This document shows positions 9,375 through 18,217 of a stretch of 64,000 nt of DNA, in pieces. The DNA is from Candidatus Thorarchaeota archaeon. Lineage in GTDB: Archaea; Asgardarchaeota; Thorarchaeia; Thorarchaeales; Thorarchaeaceae. The stretch spans positions 8,788-72,787 of the forward strand of contig JBHIAE010000009.1 in NCBI GenBank assembly GCA_046758445.1, in the 5' to 3' direction. Position 1 is the stretch's first letter. Every line of letters starts with the position of its first letter. The notes under the pieces are model-generated. The model did not search any database. It saw only the letters and a program-made list of their open reading frames with translations, and had not been told where the DNA came from. The translations under genes and the position numbers were made by a program.

Positions 9375-10550
9375 TCACACACCAGCTAATCCAGAAGGCA
9401 TCCGAATGAGTGCTCCACATTCAGAACATATACGGTCAGCATAGATATCAAAACCGACTTGCTCAGAATATGGAAGACGCTCTTCACAACCACACACTTC
9501 ACAGAATGTCTTGACGTAGCTCCTCAACTCGAATGCAACGCGCCAGGCATTCCTTGAGTGCTCCAGGAGCCCAACTCGATCATATTGTTTTGCCAGTGCA
9601 ACCCAAGGTGCCGCAGAAGTTGGGTCTGCCCGGGTCCATTTCACCAGACAGTCAATGAACTCCTCTTCACGGCCCAGCATCGAATACGCATAGCAAAGCC
9701 CTCTCCAATTCTCGACGTCCTTATCGACGAGGGATTCAGCTCTCCTAAGACACTCTTCCGATGCCGTTTCTTCGTGAACATTATGGAACAAGACTGCGAG
9801 CCGAGACAGGGCTTCAACGCTTTCTTGATCCTGCTCTAGGACTTCAGAGAAGCATTCCCTGGCCCCTTCATGCTCGCCCGATTGAAATCGAAGCTCACCG
9901 AGAAGAATCAGTGACCTGTAATCTCGTGGGGCGAGTGTGTGGGCGTGTCCAACAAAGGGTGCAGCCTCGTATGTCCTACCTAGAGTCAGCATGAGAAAGG
10001 CATAGTTCGAAACAGCCGCCATAAGCCGTGGCTCAAGTCGATGCAACGACTCCCATTCCTGTGCTGCTGCTGTGAAGTCTCCAAGCTTATAGAGCCCGAG
10101 CGCGTACATGGCACGGATGTCAATACTGTTTGGAAATCTCTCAATTGCATCCTTTAGTGTACTAGTGACCTCACTATACTTGCGCTTTTTGTACAATATC
10201 TTACCGAGGTCCCCCCAAGGTTCTGCATGATAGGGATCAAGGCGTATGGAACGACGAATCTCTACTTCGGCATCCTCCAGTTTACCTAAAATCATCAATG
10301 CCCGACCCAGAAACATTGACAGGACACAGTGTTCCTCAACCAAATCCTGAGCTCTTTCCAGAACTTCAACTGCCTTCTCTGGCTGTTCGTTCTGCACGTA
10401 AGCTATGCCCAGATATACAAGAACATCAGCTTCTTCATTCTCGTCATCCACAATTGGCTTGAGTATCTCAATGGCGTCACTTGGTCGCCCCTCTTCAAGA
10501 GCGAGAACTGCACGCGCGATACTCTCATCTGTCAATTCGACATCCGCCAT
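9375..10550 (-). CDS. TPR repeat protein with a C-terminal zinc ribbon
   Basis: Many 34-aa TPR-like repeats; C-terminal 'CEVC...CSEC'. ATG 10550 preferred; ORF is open to 10613. Confidence 0.85.
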   Translation of the reverse strand: MADVELTDESIARAVLALEEGRPSDAIEILKPIVDDENEEADVLVYLGIAYVQNEQPEKAVEVLERAQDLVEEHCVLSMFLGRALMILGKLEDAEVEIRRSIRLDPYHAEPWGDLGKILYKKRKYSEVTSTLKDAIERFPNSIDIRAMYALGLYKLGDFTAAAQEWESLHRLEPRLMAAVSNYAFLMLTLGRTYEAAPFVGHAHTLAPRDYRSLILLGELRFQSGEHEGARECFSEVLEQDQESVEALSRLAVLFHNVHEETASEECLRRAESLVDKDVENWRGLCYAYSMLGREEEFIDCLVKWTRADPTSAAPWVALAKQYDRVGLLEHSRNAWRVAFELRSYVKTFCEVCGCEERLPYSEQVGFDIYADRICSECGALIRMPSGLAGV

Positions 10551-10632
10551 TGTTCCTGCCGGTAGTGATGCCAAAGTGGATACTACTCTGGCGTCTGGAC
10601 CACCGCGTATCATATTATAAGAACCTCTGGTT

Positions 10633-11499
10633 ATGGCAAAGATAATGGTCGAAAGAGATTATGCTACCCCCTTCTCAGTACTCCGTGCAGCCAGTATGCT
10701 CAGCCATCACTCGAGATTAGCCAAGTTCAACAAAGCTCTACAGACTTTAGTCAACGAAGACAGCTACGTCGTTGATATCGGTACTGGAACTGGAGTCTTG
10801 GCATTCATGGCTGCAAGAGCCGGAGCGCGTCGCGTGACTGGTATTGACATAAACGGAAGATCAGTTGAATACGCCAGAAAGGCTGCAAGAGAGAATCAAC
10901 TTGACGGTGTGGTCGACTTCAGAACGCTCCATTTCTCGGATTTCTCACCCGACATACCAGCTGACATTGTGATTTGTGAGATGCTTTCAGCGATTATGCT
11001 AATTGAACAACAGATTCCTGCAAGTCGGAATGCAGTTCACCGGATTCTTGCCTCCAACGGAGTCATCCTTCCTCAAAGTGTCACAGTATATGTCGTGCCG
11101 GTTGAGTGCGGTTCTGTATGGGAGAGGTTTCAGGTAGAGAGCCTTCACTTCCCGAAAGTCCCCCAGACAGTGGATAGGAGTACGGCCACGGACCTATCCG
11201 ACCTTGCAATTCTGACCGAGTTTGATCTCTTCAGCGAAGAATGTCCCACTCGAGTTGACAAGACCTTGGAATTCACCGTAGTTGATGAAGGGGTGGTTCA
11301 TGGACTTGTGGGGCTATTTGAAGCCCAGCTCTACAATGACATTGTGCTGAGAATGGAAGATGGATGGAGGGAGCTCTTCATTCCTTTCGAAGAGCCCATC
11401 GAGGTGTCTAGAGATGATCTGCTCCGGATCAGGTTAAGATATGTCCCCGGAGTCTACGACTCATTGTCCGTAGAGAATCTGGAAGATAGTTCGAGTTAG
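10633..11499 (+). CDS. SAM-dependent methyltransferase, protein-arginine-methyltransferase (PRMT)-like fold
   Basis: Motif I 'VVDIGTGTGVL', post-I 'VTGID', double-E loop 'ICEMLSAIMLIE', beta-barrel 'VHGLVGLF', THW-loop equivalent 'DGWRELF'. Confidence 0.8.
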   Translation: MAKIMVERDYATPFSVLRAASMLSHHSRLAKFNKALQTLVNEDSYVVDIGTGTGVLAFMAARAGARRVTGIDINGRSVEYARKAARENQLDGVVDFRTLHFSDFSPDIPADIVICEMLSAIMLIEQQIPASRNAVHRILASNGVILPQSVTVYVVPVECGSVWERFQVESLHFPKVPQTVDRSTATDLSDLAILTEFDLFSEECPTRVDKTLEFTVVDEGVVHGLVGLFEAQLYNDIVLRMEDGWRELFIPFEEPIEVSRDDLLRIRLRYVPGVYDSLSVENLEDSSS

Positions 11500-11544
11500 A
11501 ATGACATACTTGCCATGTCGACTTGTTGCCAGCGCGAGTTCCTT

Positions 11545-12138
11545 CTATTTCTCCCCCACAAAGGTCCCTGGTGGATATGTTTCCATGAACTCCTCTCTCA
11601 GAATGTCCATAATGAGAAGGTCGTGATACTCCCCGGCCATGTACTCCGTTTTGCGGAGCAGTCCGACCCTCTTGAAACCGCATTTCTCGTAGGCCCGCAC
11701 AGCTCTCTCGTTGTCAGTAAAAGAATCTAGATAGATGCTACGAAGACCGAGGATGTGAAATCCTATCCAAAGCATGACTCTTGTTGCATCTGTACCATAG
11801 CCCTTTGAACGATGCACGGGGTCGTAAATTGAAACCCCCAGTTCTGCTCGACGATGTGGACTCCTGATGTCCTCAAACCTGGCTATCCCAAGGAACTCAT
11901 TGTTCTCTTTGTCAGCTATGGCCAAAGTCAGGCAGCCGTCTTTCCATGGGTCTGTCTTTGAAGCCCAGTCGAACCACTCCTTCCTTGATGACCTCGAACT
12001 CGGGATAGGAACACCAATCGTCCTCCGGAGTTCCCATGTGTTCCAGTACTTCAGAATGACGTCCAAGTCAGGCGGTTCCAAGGCTCTCAGGCAGACCAGT
12101 TCTCCGTAGTACATATGAGCCGAGAAGCCAGCTGCCAA
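11545..12138 (-). CDS. GNAT N-acetyltransferase (RimJ/RimL/SpeG-like)
   Basis: 'RSKGYGTDA' and 'NERAVRAYEKCGF'. Confidence 0.9.
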   Translation of the reverse strand: MAAGFSAHMYYGELVCLRALEPPDLDVILKYWNTWELRRTIGVPIPSSRSSRKEWFDWASKTDPWKDGCLTLAIADKENNEFLGIARFEDIRSPHRRAELGVSIYDPVHRSKGYGTDATRVMLWIGFHILGLRSIYLDSFTDNERAVRAYEKCGFKRVGLLRKTEYMAGEYHDLLIMDILREEFMETYPPGTFVGEK

Positions 12139-12242
12139 TTAAAGCTCACCGAATACAGAGGAATCACGTCTTCGTGTATTCTGCCAGCTGAGATGTAACA
12201 GGAAGCATACTTTTATCATGGACTAACAGGCCGAAGGATTAC

Positions 12243-12923
12243 TTGGTGAAACGGATGGAACTCAAAGGTCCACTTTGTTACATCCTGGACTGGGATGACA
12301 TCTACAGCTATGCGTTTCAAACAGCCTTGAAGATCAAGGAATCTAACTGGAAACCTGATGCCATTGTTGGAATTGCACGAGGTGGCTGGGTCCACGCAAG
12401 AATCCAATGCGACCTACTAGGCATCAAGAACTTATTCAGTGTGAAAGTGGACCACTGGGGAGTTACTGCCACCAAAGATGGACACGCGAAACTCTCAGTC
12501 CCTCTCACGGGAGATGTCAAGGGCAAGAAGGTCCTCGTGGTTGACGACATAACTGATACGGGACAGAGTCTTACTACTGCGGTCAATCACGTGAAGGAAG
12601 TAGGAGAACCAGAGGAGGTCAAGACCGCGGCGCTCATGCACATTGACGGATCCGAGTTCGTGCCTGACTACTATGGTGTCGAGATTACATGGGCGTGGGA
12701 GATTTGGCCCTGGAACTTCTATGAGGACGTCACTTCTCTCATCACCAAGATCTTCGAGGGAGAGAGTGTCACAGAGCTCAGTACGGCCGAAATGAAGAAA
12801 CACTTGAGAGAGTACAACAATGTGGTTCTGTCAGATGAGCAGCTTTCCAAGATAAAGGCGCACATGGGATTCCTTGGAAGGATTGAATATCCACTAGACA
12901 AGATCTGGCGTCTGAAAGAATGA
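12243..12923 (+). CDS. type I phosphoribosyltransferase (archaeal purine PRTase-like)
   Basis: 'GIARGG', PRPP motif 'VLVVDDITDTGQS', 'WPW'. Confidence 0.9.
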   Translation: MVKRMELKGPLCYILDWDDIYSYAFQTALKIKESNWKPDAIVGIARGGWVHARIQCDLLGIKNLFSVKVDHWGVTATKDGHAKLSVPLTGDVKGKKVLVVDDITDTGQSLTTAVNHVKEVGEPEEVKTAALMHIDGSEFVPDYYGVEITWAWEIWPWNFYEDVTSLITKIFEGESVTELSTAEMKKHLREYNNVVLSDEQLSKIKAHMGFLGRIEYPLDKIWRLKE

Positions 12924-12994
12924 GAAACTCTTTGATTCGTTACGATTCTTTCTGTTGAGGGGTCCTTCTGAATTTCAAGTCTTAACAATCGAGA

Positions 12995-13009
12995 CGGAAG
13001 TGTTTTCTA
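12995..13009 (+). promoter_or_regulatory. putative BRE/TATA-like element CGGAAGTGTTTTCTA
   Basis: 14/15 identical to 13672-13686; both lie 84-85 nt upstream of the TTG starts of tandem paralogues. Confidence 0.5.
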
Positions 13010-13079
13010 CTAGCTGTGACTTCAGTTTGACCGAAGGGCAGATGGATCAGATGCCCCTTCAATAGGAGGAGAGACTGAC

Positions 13080-13634
13080 TTGAGCAACTTGAATAGAGCA
13101 CTCCTAGTTCTAGGTGCCATCGGAGCCTTACTCTACACCATAGTACGCTGGACCAACTTGCTTATGACAATACCTGGTGAAGTCTGGCTCTTGTTTGCCT
13201 TCACATCCTATGTGTTGATGATCTTGGGCGTATTGGCATTCTACAGGAAGAGCGGCAATCCAATACACATCCTCACAGTTCTGGTCATGCTTGTTCATAC
13301 TGCGACAGTTCACTTTCTCCATATGCTTTGGGTCATTGACCCCGTTGCGTTTCCGTGGGTTGATACAGCCTCAATCTGACGAAATGAGCTGTTTGGCCCG
13401 ATCTTGGCGCTGACATGGCTGCTTATAGCATTATCAGCTTTCATGATGCGTGAGGAGTATGGCAACTTCATGACCGTGAGTGCTGTTGTGTTTGTCATCT
13501 GGAGCATCATCCACGTAGTCGACAAGGTACTCGCTTTTGAATGGCCGATCGCTGACATGACGCTATACACCCGTACGTTCGTCGGAGCGATTGCCGTCCT
13601 TCTCTTTCTTTACGCAACAATGAAAGAGAGCTGA
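13080..13634 (+). pseudogene. membrane protein paralogous to 13756..14340, interrupted by an in-frame TGA at 13377-13379
   Basis: ORFs 13080..13379 and 13404..13634 share one frame. Shared motifs with the downstream gene: 'LGAIG', 'RKSGN.I', 'SA..(M/L)RE', start 'MSN'. Confidence 0.7.
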
Positions 13635-13671
13635 AACAGGCACCGCAACTGAGCATCGACCACATGGCAGG

Positions 13672-13686
13672 CGGAAGCGTTTTCTA
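13672..13686 (+). promoter_or_regulatory. putative BRE/TATA-like element CGGAAGCGTTTTCTA
   Basis: Second copy of the motif at 12995, same spacing to the start codon. Confidence 0.5.
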
Positions 13687-13755
13687 GAAGGCATGCCATA
13701 AAGATACGGCGAGGGACTAATCAATTGAAAGTCGCTTTGTAAGGAGAGAGATTAG

Positions 13756-14340
13756 TTGAGTAATGCAACAAAAGCCTCGTTCATACTCGGTGCTATTGGT
13801 GGCTTCCTCATCGCACTAATGTACACCCGAAACATTCTTGGCTTGACCTGGGATGGTGTTGCGTGGAATTACCAACAGTTCTTATTGATATTGATCCTGG
13901 GGCGCATCTTAGTCAGTATAGGGTTCATTGGGCTATGGCGAAAGAGCGGGAACGTCATTCCGCTAGTCAGTGCTATATTCATCATCCTGTGGGTTAGCAC
14001 CTATACCTTACTATGGTACTTGGCCAATTTCACCTTGTTGTTGCCTGCTGGGTTCGACCCCGGAGATTTCACTGGCATTGCGTGGATAAGCGCAGGCGTG
14101 GGCTGGATCACTGCAGGGATTTCTGCATGGTTGCTTCGCGAGAAGTTTAGTGCGTTTTCCATTGTTGCTGCCTTGATGTTCTTAGCTTTTGGCGCTGTGA
14201 TGTTGGTTATAGGACTACTGCAGAGCTTGATGATCCCACCTCAATTGTGGGATTACTTCCTGAGAAACTCGTGGCGAATGATTTGCGGAGTGAATGGCAT
14301 AGTCGCAGGCATATACTTCCTTGATGCCGCAAGAACGTAG
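13756..14340 (+). CDS. polytopic membrane protein, hypothetical
   Basis: About six TM helices; AGGAG-type SD before TTG. Confidence 0.8.
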   Translation: MSNATKASFILGAIGGFLIALMYTRNILGLTWDGVAWNYQQFLLILILGRILVSIGFIGLWRKSGNVIPLVSAIFIILWVSTYTLLWYLANFTLLLPAGFDPGDFTGIAWISAGVGWITAGISAWLLREKFSAFSIVAALMFLAFGAVMLVIGLLQSLMIPPQLWDYFLRNSWRMICGVNGIVAGIYFLDAART

Positions 14341-14512
14341 ACCTATCTTCGGTCCTGGTGTCAAACGAAGTCGTAGATTCGACCGTTCAATAGACAGGCA
14401 GAGGTTCTTGGATGGCCAAATCTCCTCGACTTCCCGGTCAGAGGATGTGCTACCTTACGTATAAATGGGAGATTGCCCCCTCCCCCGATAGATTACTCTG
14501 AGTTGAGAGATT

Positions 14513-15373
14513 ATGGCGTTTGAGGCGAAACTCGAGTTCGTTCCATTGGACCGAACCCAGAAAGAGGAGATTGAGAGTCTTCTCCCGATTGAGATTGGAA
14601 TGTTTGGGGGAAGTGGCAACTATGATCCCACAGTCATAGAGAATCCGATGGAAATCAAGGTCTTCACGCCATATGGAGAACCATCAGACCACTTCATCGT
14701 AGGCAGGGCGAGAGGGCGAAGTTTTGCGTTCCTGGCAAGACACGGTCGAGGACACGTACTACCACCACATGCAATCAACTACAGAGCCAACATCTGGGGA
14801 ATGAAATCGCTCGGGGTGAAGAGAATCATCAGTCCTGCCGCATGTGGCAGTCTTCAACCTGACAGGATAAAGCTTGGTGAGTTTGTCATTGCAGACCAGA
14901 TCTTCGATAGAACCTTCGGACGAAGGGCGGACACATTCTTTGATGGCGGTCCCATTGCTCATTTGCCGTTTGGAGAACCGTTCTGCCCGGAGCTTCGCAA
15001 GGTGGCAGTCGACACGGCAGGCAAAATCAACTACAAAGTCCACGACAAAGGCACATATGTCTGCATCAACGGACCACGCTTCTCGACAGCGGCGGAGTCT
15101 ATGTTCTATCATGGTCAGGGTTGGGAAGTCATCGGAATGACCGCCTATCCAGAGGCTGCGCTGGCAATGGAGGGAGGGATGTGTTTTGTAAACATCTCGA
15201 TGCCAACAGACTATGATGTACATGGAGAAGAACACGTTACTCACGAACTCGTCCTGAAGACAATGTCAGATAATATCGAGAGAGTGAGAAAGCTCACCTT
15301 CGAGATGATCGATGGCATTCCAAAGAAGGCAGGTTGTGATTGTCAGACCAAGATGAAAGGCGGTCTCTTCTGA
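14513..15373 (+). CDS. mtnP: S-methyl-5'-thioadenosine phosphorylase (MTAP family)
   Basis: 'GGSG', 'TPYGEPS', 'LARHGRGH..PPH.INYRANIW', 'GPRFSTAAES', 'VIGMT', 'TDYD'. Confidence 0.9.
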   Translation: MAFEAKLEFVPLDRTQKEEIESLLPIEIGMFGGSGNYDPTVIENPMEIKVFTPYGEPSDHFIVGRARGRSFAFLARHGRGHVLPPHAINYRANIWGMKSLGVKRIISPAACGSLQPDRIKLGEFVIADQIFDRTFGRRADTFFDGGPIAHLPFGEPFCPELRKVAVDTAGKINYKVHDKGTYVCINGPRFSTAAESMFYHGQGWEVIGMTAYPEAALAMEGGMCFVNISMPTDYDVHGEEHVTHELVLKTMSDNIERVRKLTFEMIDGIPKKAGCDCQTKMKGGLF

Positions 15374-15456
15374 AGGCAAACAAAGGCGTGAGTTCCGATC
15401 TCTGGTTACCCACGCCTCAGTCTTCTAGGGACGGCAATGGTCAGAACCATGGCGAA

Positions 15457-15594
15457 CTACCAGTCGTCATCATCTTCCCATTCATCGTCTTCCCAGTCTT
15501 CTTCCTCAGTGAACCAATCTTCATCGTCGAAGGACAAAGAGTTCACCCCACGCACGGTGGTATCTCGTTCTGAAATAAGCCTATCTTCGGCCAT
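15457..15594 (-). CDS. small acidic Trp-rich protein (45 aa from ATG 15594, or 26 aa from TTG 15537)
   Basis: Manual translation: MAEDRLISERDTTVRGVNSLSFDDEDWFTEEEDWEDDEWEDDDDW*. GGGGTGA SD lies 5 nt before TTG 15537. Fills the gap between mtnP and the nitrilase gene. Confidence 0.6.
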   Translation of the reverse strand: MAEDRLISERDTTVRGVNSLSFDDEDWFTEEEDWEDDEWEDDDDW

Positions 15595-15658
15595 CTTATT
15601 GTCCGCACCAAAGAAGTGATAGCCTTCTCATTATTCAGGTATCACAGGTGTCCACAGA

Positions 15659-16459
15659 ATGCTCAGAATTGCAGTTGGTCAGATGGAACCCAAGATAGGT
15701 GACCCTGATGGCAATTTGACCAAGATGGCGACCGTTCTTGACAACGCTGCTGAGAACGGAGTTGATGTTCTTGTGTTGCCCGAGCTCGTAAACTCGGGCT
15801 ATATGTTCGAGAGCATTGAAGAAGTTGATGAACTAGCCGAAACAATCCCAGAAGGCCCATTCTCTCAGATGCTGCTGAATTGGTCTGCAAGGAACGCTCT
15901 CGTAGTGGCAGGCCTATGCGAAAGAAGAGCAACAGGTTTCTCTAATTCAGCAGCAATCTTTGCGAATCGAGAACATCTATCAACCTACAGGAAGATTCAA
16001 CTATTCGACCGTGAGAAAGAGTGGTTTGACCCCGGAAACGAGGAACCACCCGTCGTCGAATTCCGCGGACATCGATTCGGAGTAATAGTGTGTTTTGACT
16101 GGTCGTTTCCAGAACTCGCAAGGTTACTTGCTCTGAAAGGCGCACAGATCATTCTCCATCCTGCCAATCTGGTTCTTCCCTATTGTCCCGACGCGATGAT
16201 TACGAGATCGATTGAGAATCGAGTCTTCACTGCCACAGCAGGCAGAATCGGCGATGAGAAAGGAGTCTGCTTCATTGGCGGTTCTCAGATTACAACACCA
16301 AAGGGAGTAGTAATGCTCCGGATGCCCGAGGACGAGGAAGGAATCTCTTGGGTGGATGTAGATTTGACCGAGGCAGACAACAAGTCAGTCACAAGACACA
16401 ATGACGTGCTGAAAGACAGAAGGCCCGAGTTGTACACGCGACTTACTGAGATTCCTTAG
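15659..16459 (+). CDS. nitrilase/carbon-nitrogen hydrolase family protein
   Basis: E-K-C triad: 'LPEL', 'YRKIQLF', 'VCFDW'. Confidence 0.92.
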   Translation: MLRIAVGQMEPKIGDPDGNLTKMATVLDNAAENGVDVLVLPELVNSGYMFESIEEVDELAETIPEGPFSQMLLNWSARNALVVAGLCERRATGFSNSAAIFANREHLSTYRKIQLFDREKEWFDPGNEEPPVVEFRGHRFGVIVCFDWSFPELARLLALKGAQIILHPANLVLPYCPDAMITRSIENRVFTATAGRIGDEKGVCFIGGSQITTPKGVVMLRMPEDEEGISWVDVDLTEADNKSVTRHNDVLKDRRPELYTRLTEIP

Positions 16460-16826
16460 TCTTACTCGGGATACGTCCCCGCCACTCTTCAGCTGGATAC
16501 TTGTCAGAGTTCTTCGCCAGTTTTTCCAGTATCGCACGTGTGGGATTGATACCAGCTGTGTCAGCGATTCTTATCAGATAGATCATAACATCTGCAAGCT
16601 CCCCCGCCAACAGCGCACGATATTCGTTATCCTCCAGATAGGTTTCAATCTCTTCATCAGTGAGCCACTGGAAGAGCTCTAGCAGTTCGCCGAGTTCTAT
16701 GGATGCTGAAACTGCCAGGGCGGCAGGTTTCTGAAATGACTCCCAGTTGCGAGCCCGTACAAATCCACGGACAAGAATCATCAAGTCTTCTAGAGTGTGC
16801 TTATCCGGTTCGGCTTTCGGTGTCAA
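16443..16826 (-). CDS. MazG-like nucleotide pyrophosphohydrolase (dCTP pyrophosphatase type)
   Basis: 'ARNWESFQKP', 'ELGELLELFQW', 'ELADV', 'KLAKNSDKYP'. Confidence 0.9.
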   Translation of the reverse strand: MTPKAEPDKHTLEDLMILVRGFVRARNWESFQKPAALAVSASIELGELLELFQWLTDEEIETYLEDNEYRALLAGELADVMIYLIRIADTAGINPTRAILEKLAKNSDKYPAEEWRGRIPSKTKESQ

Positions 16827-17377
16827 TCGGCTTTCTCCTCAGCGTACGAACGTCTCACAATCCAGATGCTATAGACTGCGAAGATACCAATGAGCATAGT
16901 CAATGATACAAGGGGTGTGTCAATCCCATATAGAATGGAAGCTCCAGTCAGCGCCCAGCTGAGAGTGTCGGCGGTTCCAATTACGGAAGTGACAAGTATC
17001 GCTATAATGAATGCTGGCCCTACGTAGCGCATCCTCGTCTGTGACTTGACCCATGCTTCTAGGGAGAAGGCTATGCCCATGAGAGCGAAGATCATCGAAA
17101 CATAGTAGCCCAGAATGAGGTAGTTGTACTGAAACCAGACTTCAACAGGCCAAGGTAGTATCACTGCAAATCCGATGAGTATCAAAATGAAAGTCACTCG
17201 TGGCCAGGGGTCTGCCACGAAAGCCTCCAGTCTTTCGCCAGCGGGACGGCGAGGTACAACCTCTCTAGAGGGTTCCCAGTCCTCGTATTCTTCATCATCC
17301 TCATATTCTTCTTCATCGAACTCGTCGTCTTCCTCGTCATCATAGTCCTCTTCAGAATCGAACTCGTCGTTGAACAT
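16823..17377 (-). CDS. membrane protein with a highly acidic N-terminus
   Basis: 'DEFDSEEDYDDEEDDEFDEEEYEDDEEYEDW' followed by four TM helices; ORF is open to 17461. Confidence 0.75.
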   Translation of the reverse strand: MFNDEFDSEEDYDDEEDDEFDEEEYEDDEEYEDWEPSREVVPRRPAGERLEAFVADPWPRVTFILILIGFAVILPWPVEVWFQYNYLILGYYVSMIFALMGIAFSLEAWVKSQTRMRYVGPAFIIAILVTSVIGTADTLSWALTGASILYGIDTPLVSLTMLIGIFAVYSIWIVRRSYAEEKAD

Positions 17378-17532
17378 GGAGGCATCCTCTTCCGTTTTGT
17401 GACCTGTCGTGTGTGCGGCTCCGTTAAAACCCTTGTTGTCTGCGGGATTCAGTGCCATCAATTCTCAACGGATTGTTGCAGTTCACAACAAGCATTCGAC
17501 CGAAGAATGGTTAAAACAATCTGTTCAGAAGC

Positions 17533-18129
17533 ATGCGTAGGGTGTTCGATCTATTGAGTGCTGAAGACCAGCTATTGGAGGCAGAGGCGCTGCGCCAAGA
17601 GGGAAAGTACACTCAGGCAATAGAGGCGTATCGTGCTGTTCTCAATATTGACCAGGAGAATCTAGTTGCACTCAACGGGATGGGACTTGTTCATGTACTC
17701 GTGGGAGAACAGAATCTGGCCATTAACGCCTTTGAGCTAGCCATGTCGATTGCCCCGTATGACTATAGAGGACACAGCAACAAGGCAGAAGCGTATCTCA
17801 CCATTGGTGGATTCGAGGATGCATTATCAGCCGCAGATGAGGGTCTGAAGCTCGCCCCGGAAAATGCAGAGCTCTGGACCAAGAGAGCACGGGCCCTTGA
17901 GAGCATGATGCGCATCGATGAAGCTGTTGATGCATTCAACGAGGCAATAAAGTACGATTCGGAGAATCCAGATACTTGGAAGGCACTGGCTCTCTGTTTT
18001 GATGCACAGCAAAAGTGGACTGAAGTCGCTCGCGCATACAGAATTGCGGCGGGACTTCATGAGAGGCGCGGAGAGAATGGCGATGCCGACAGCTGTCACA
18101 AATTCGCTGAGCTTGCCGAAAAATCGTAG
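17533..18129 (+). CDS. TPR repeat protein
   Basis: About five TPR repeats. Confidence 0.88.
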   Translation: MRRVFDLLSAEDQLLEAEALRQEGKYTQAIEAYRAVLNIDQENLVALNGMGLVHVLVGEQNLAINAFELAMSIAPYDYRGHSNKAEAYLTIGGFEDALSAADEGLKLAPENAELWTKRARALESMMRIDEAVDAFNEAIKYDSENPDTWKALALCFDAQQKWTEVARAYRIAAGLHERRGENGDADSCHKFAELAEKS

Positions 18130-18217
18130 TTCTTGATTCGGTTTGGGGCGTGTGAGGTAGGTCCCCGGATCATGCTGTGATGTGACGATCCGGGGATACT
18201 GCCCGAGCCTCTTCTCG

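Noticed and set aside
13377-13379. Selenocysteine recoding of in-frame TGA codons (also 20859 and 46105)
   Set aside because: The contexts are membrane or PAS proteins at likely Trp/Ser/Arg positions, not redox Cys motifs. I recognised no SECIS-like element downstream of the 13080 gene, and other genes are broken by TAA or TAG.
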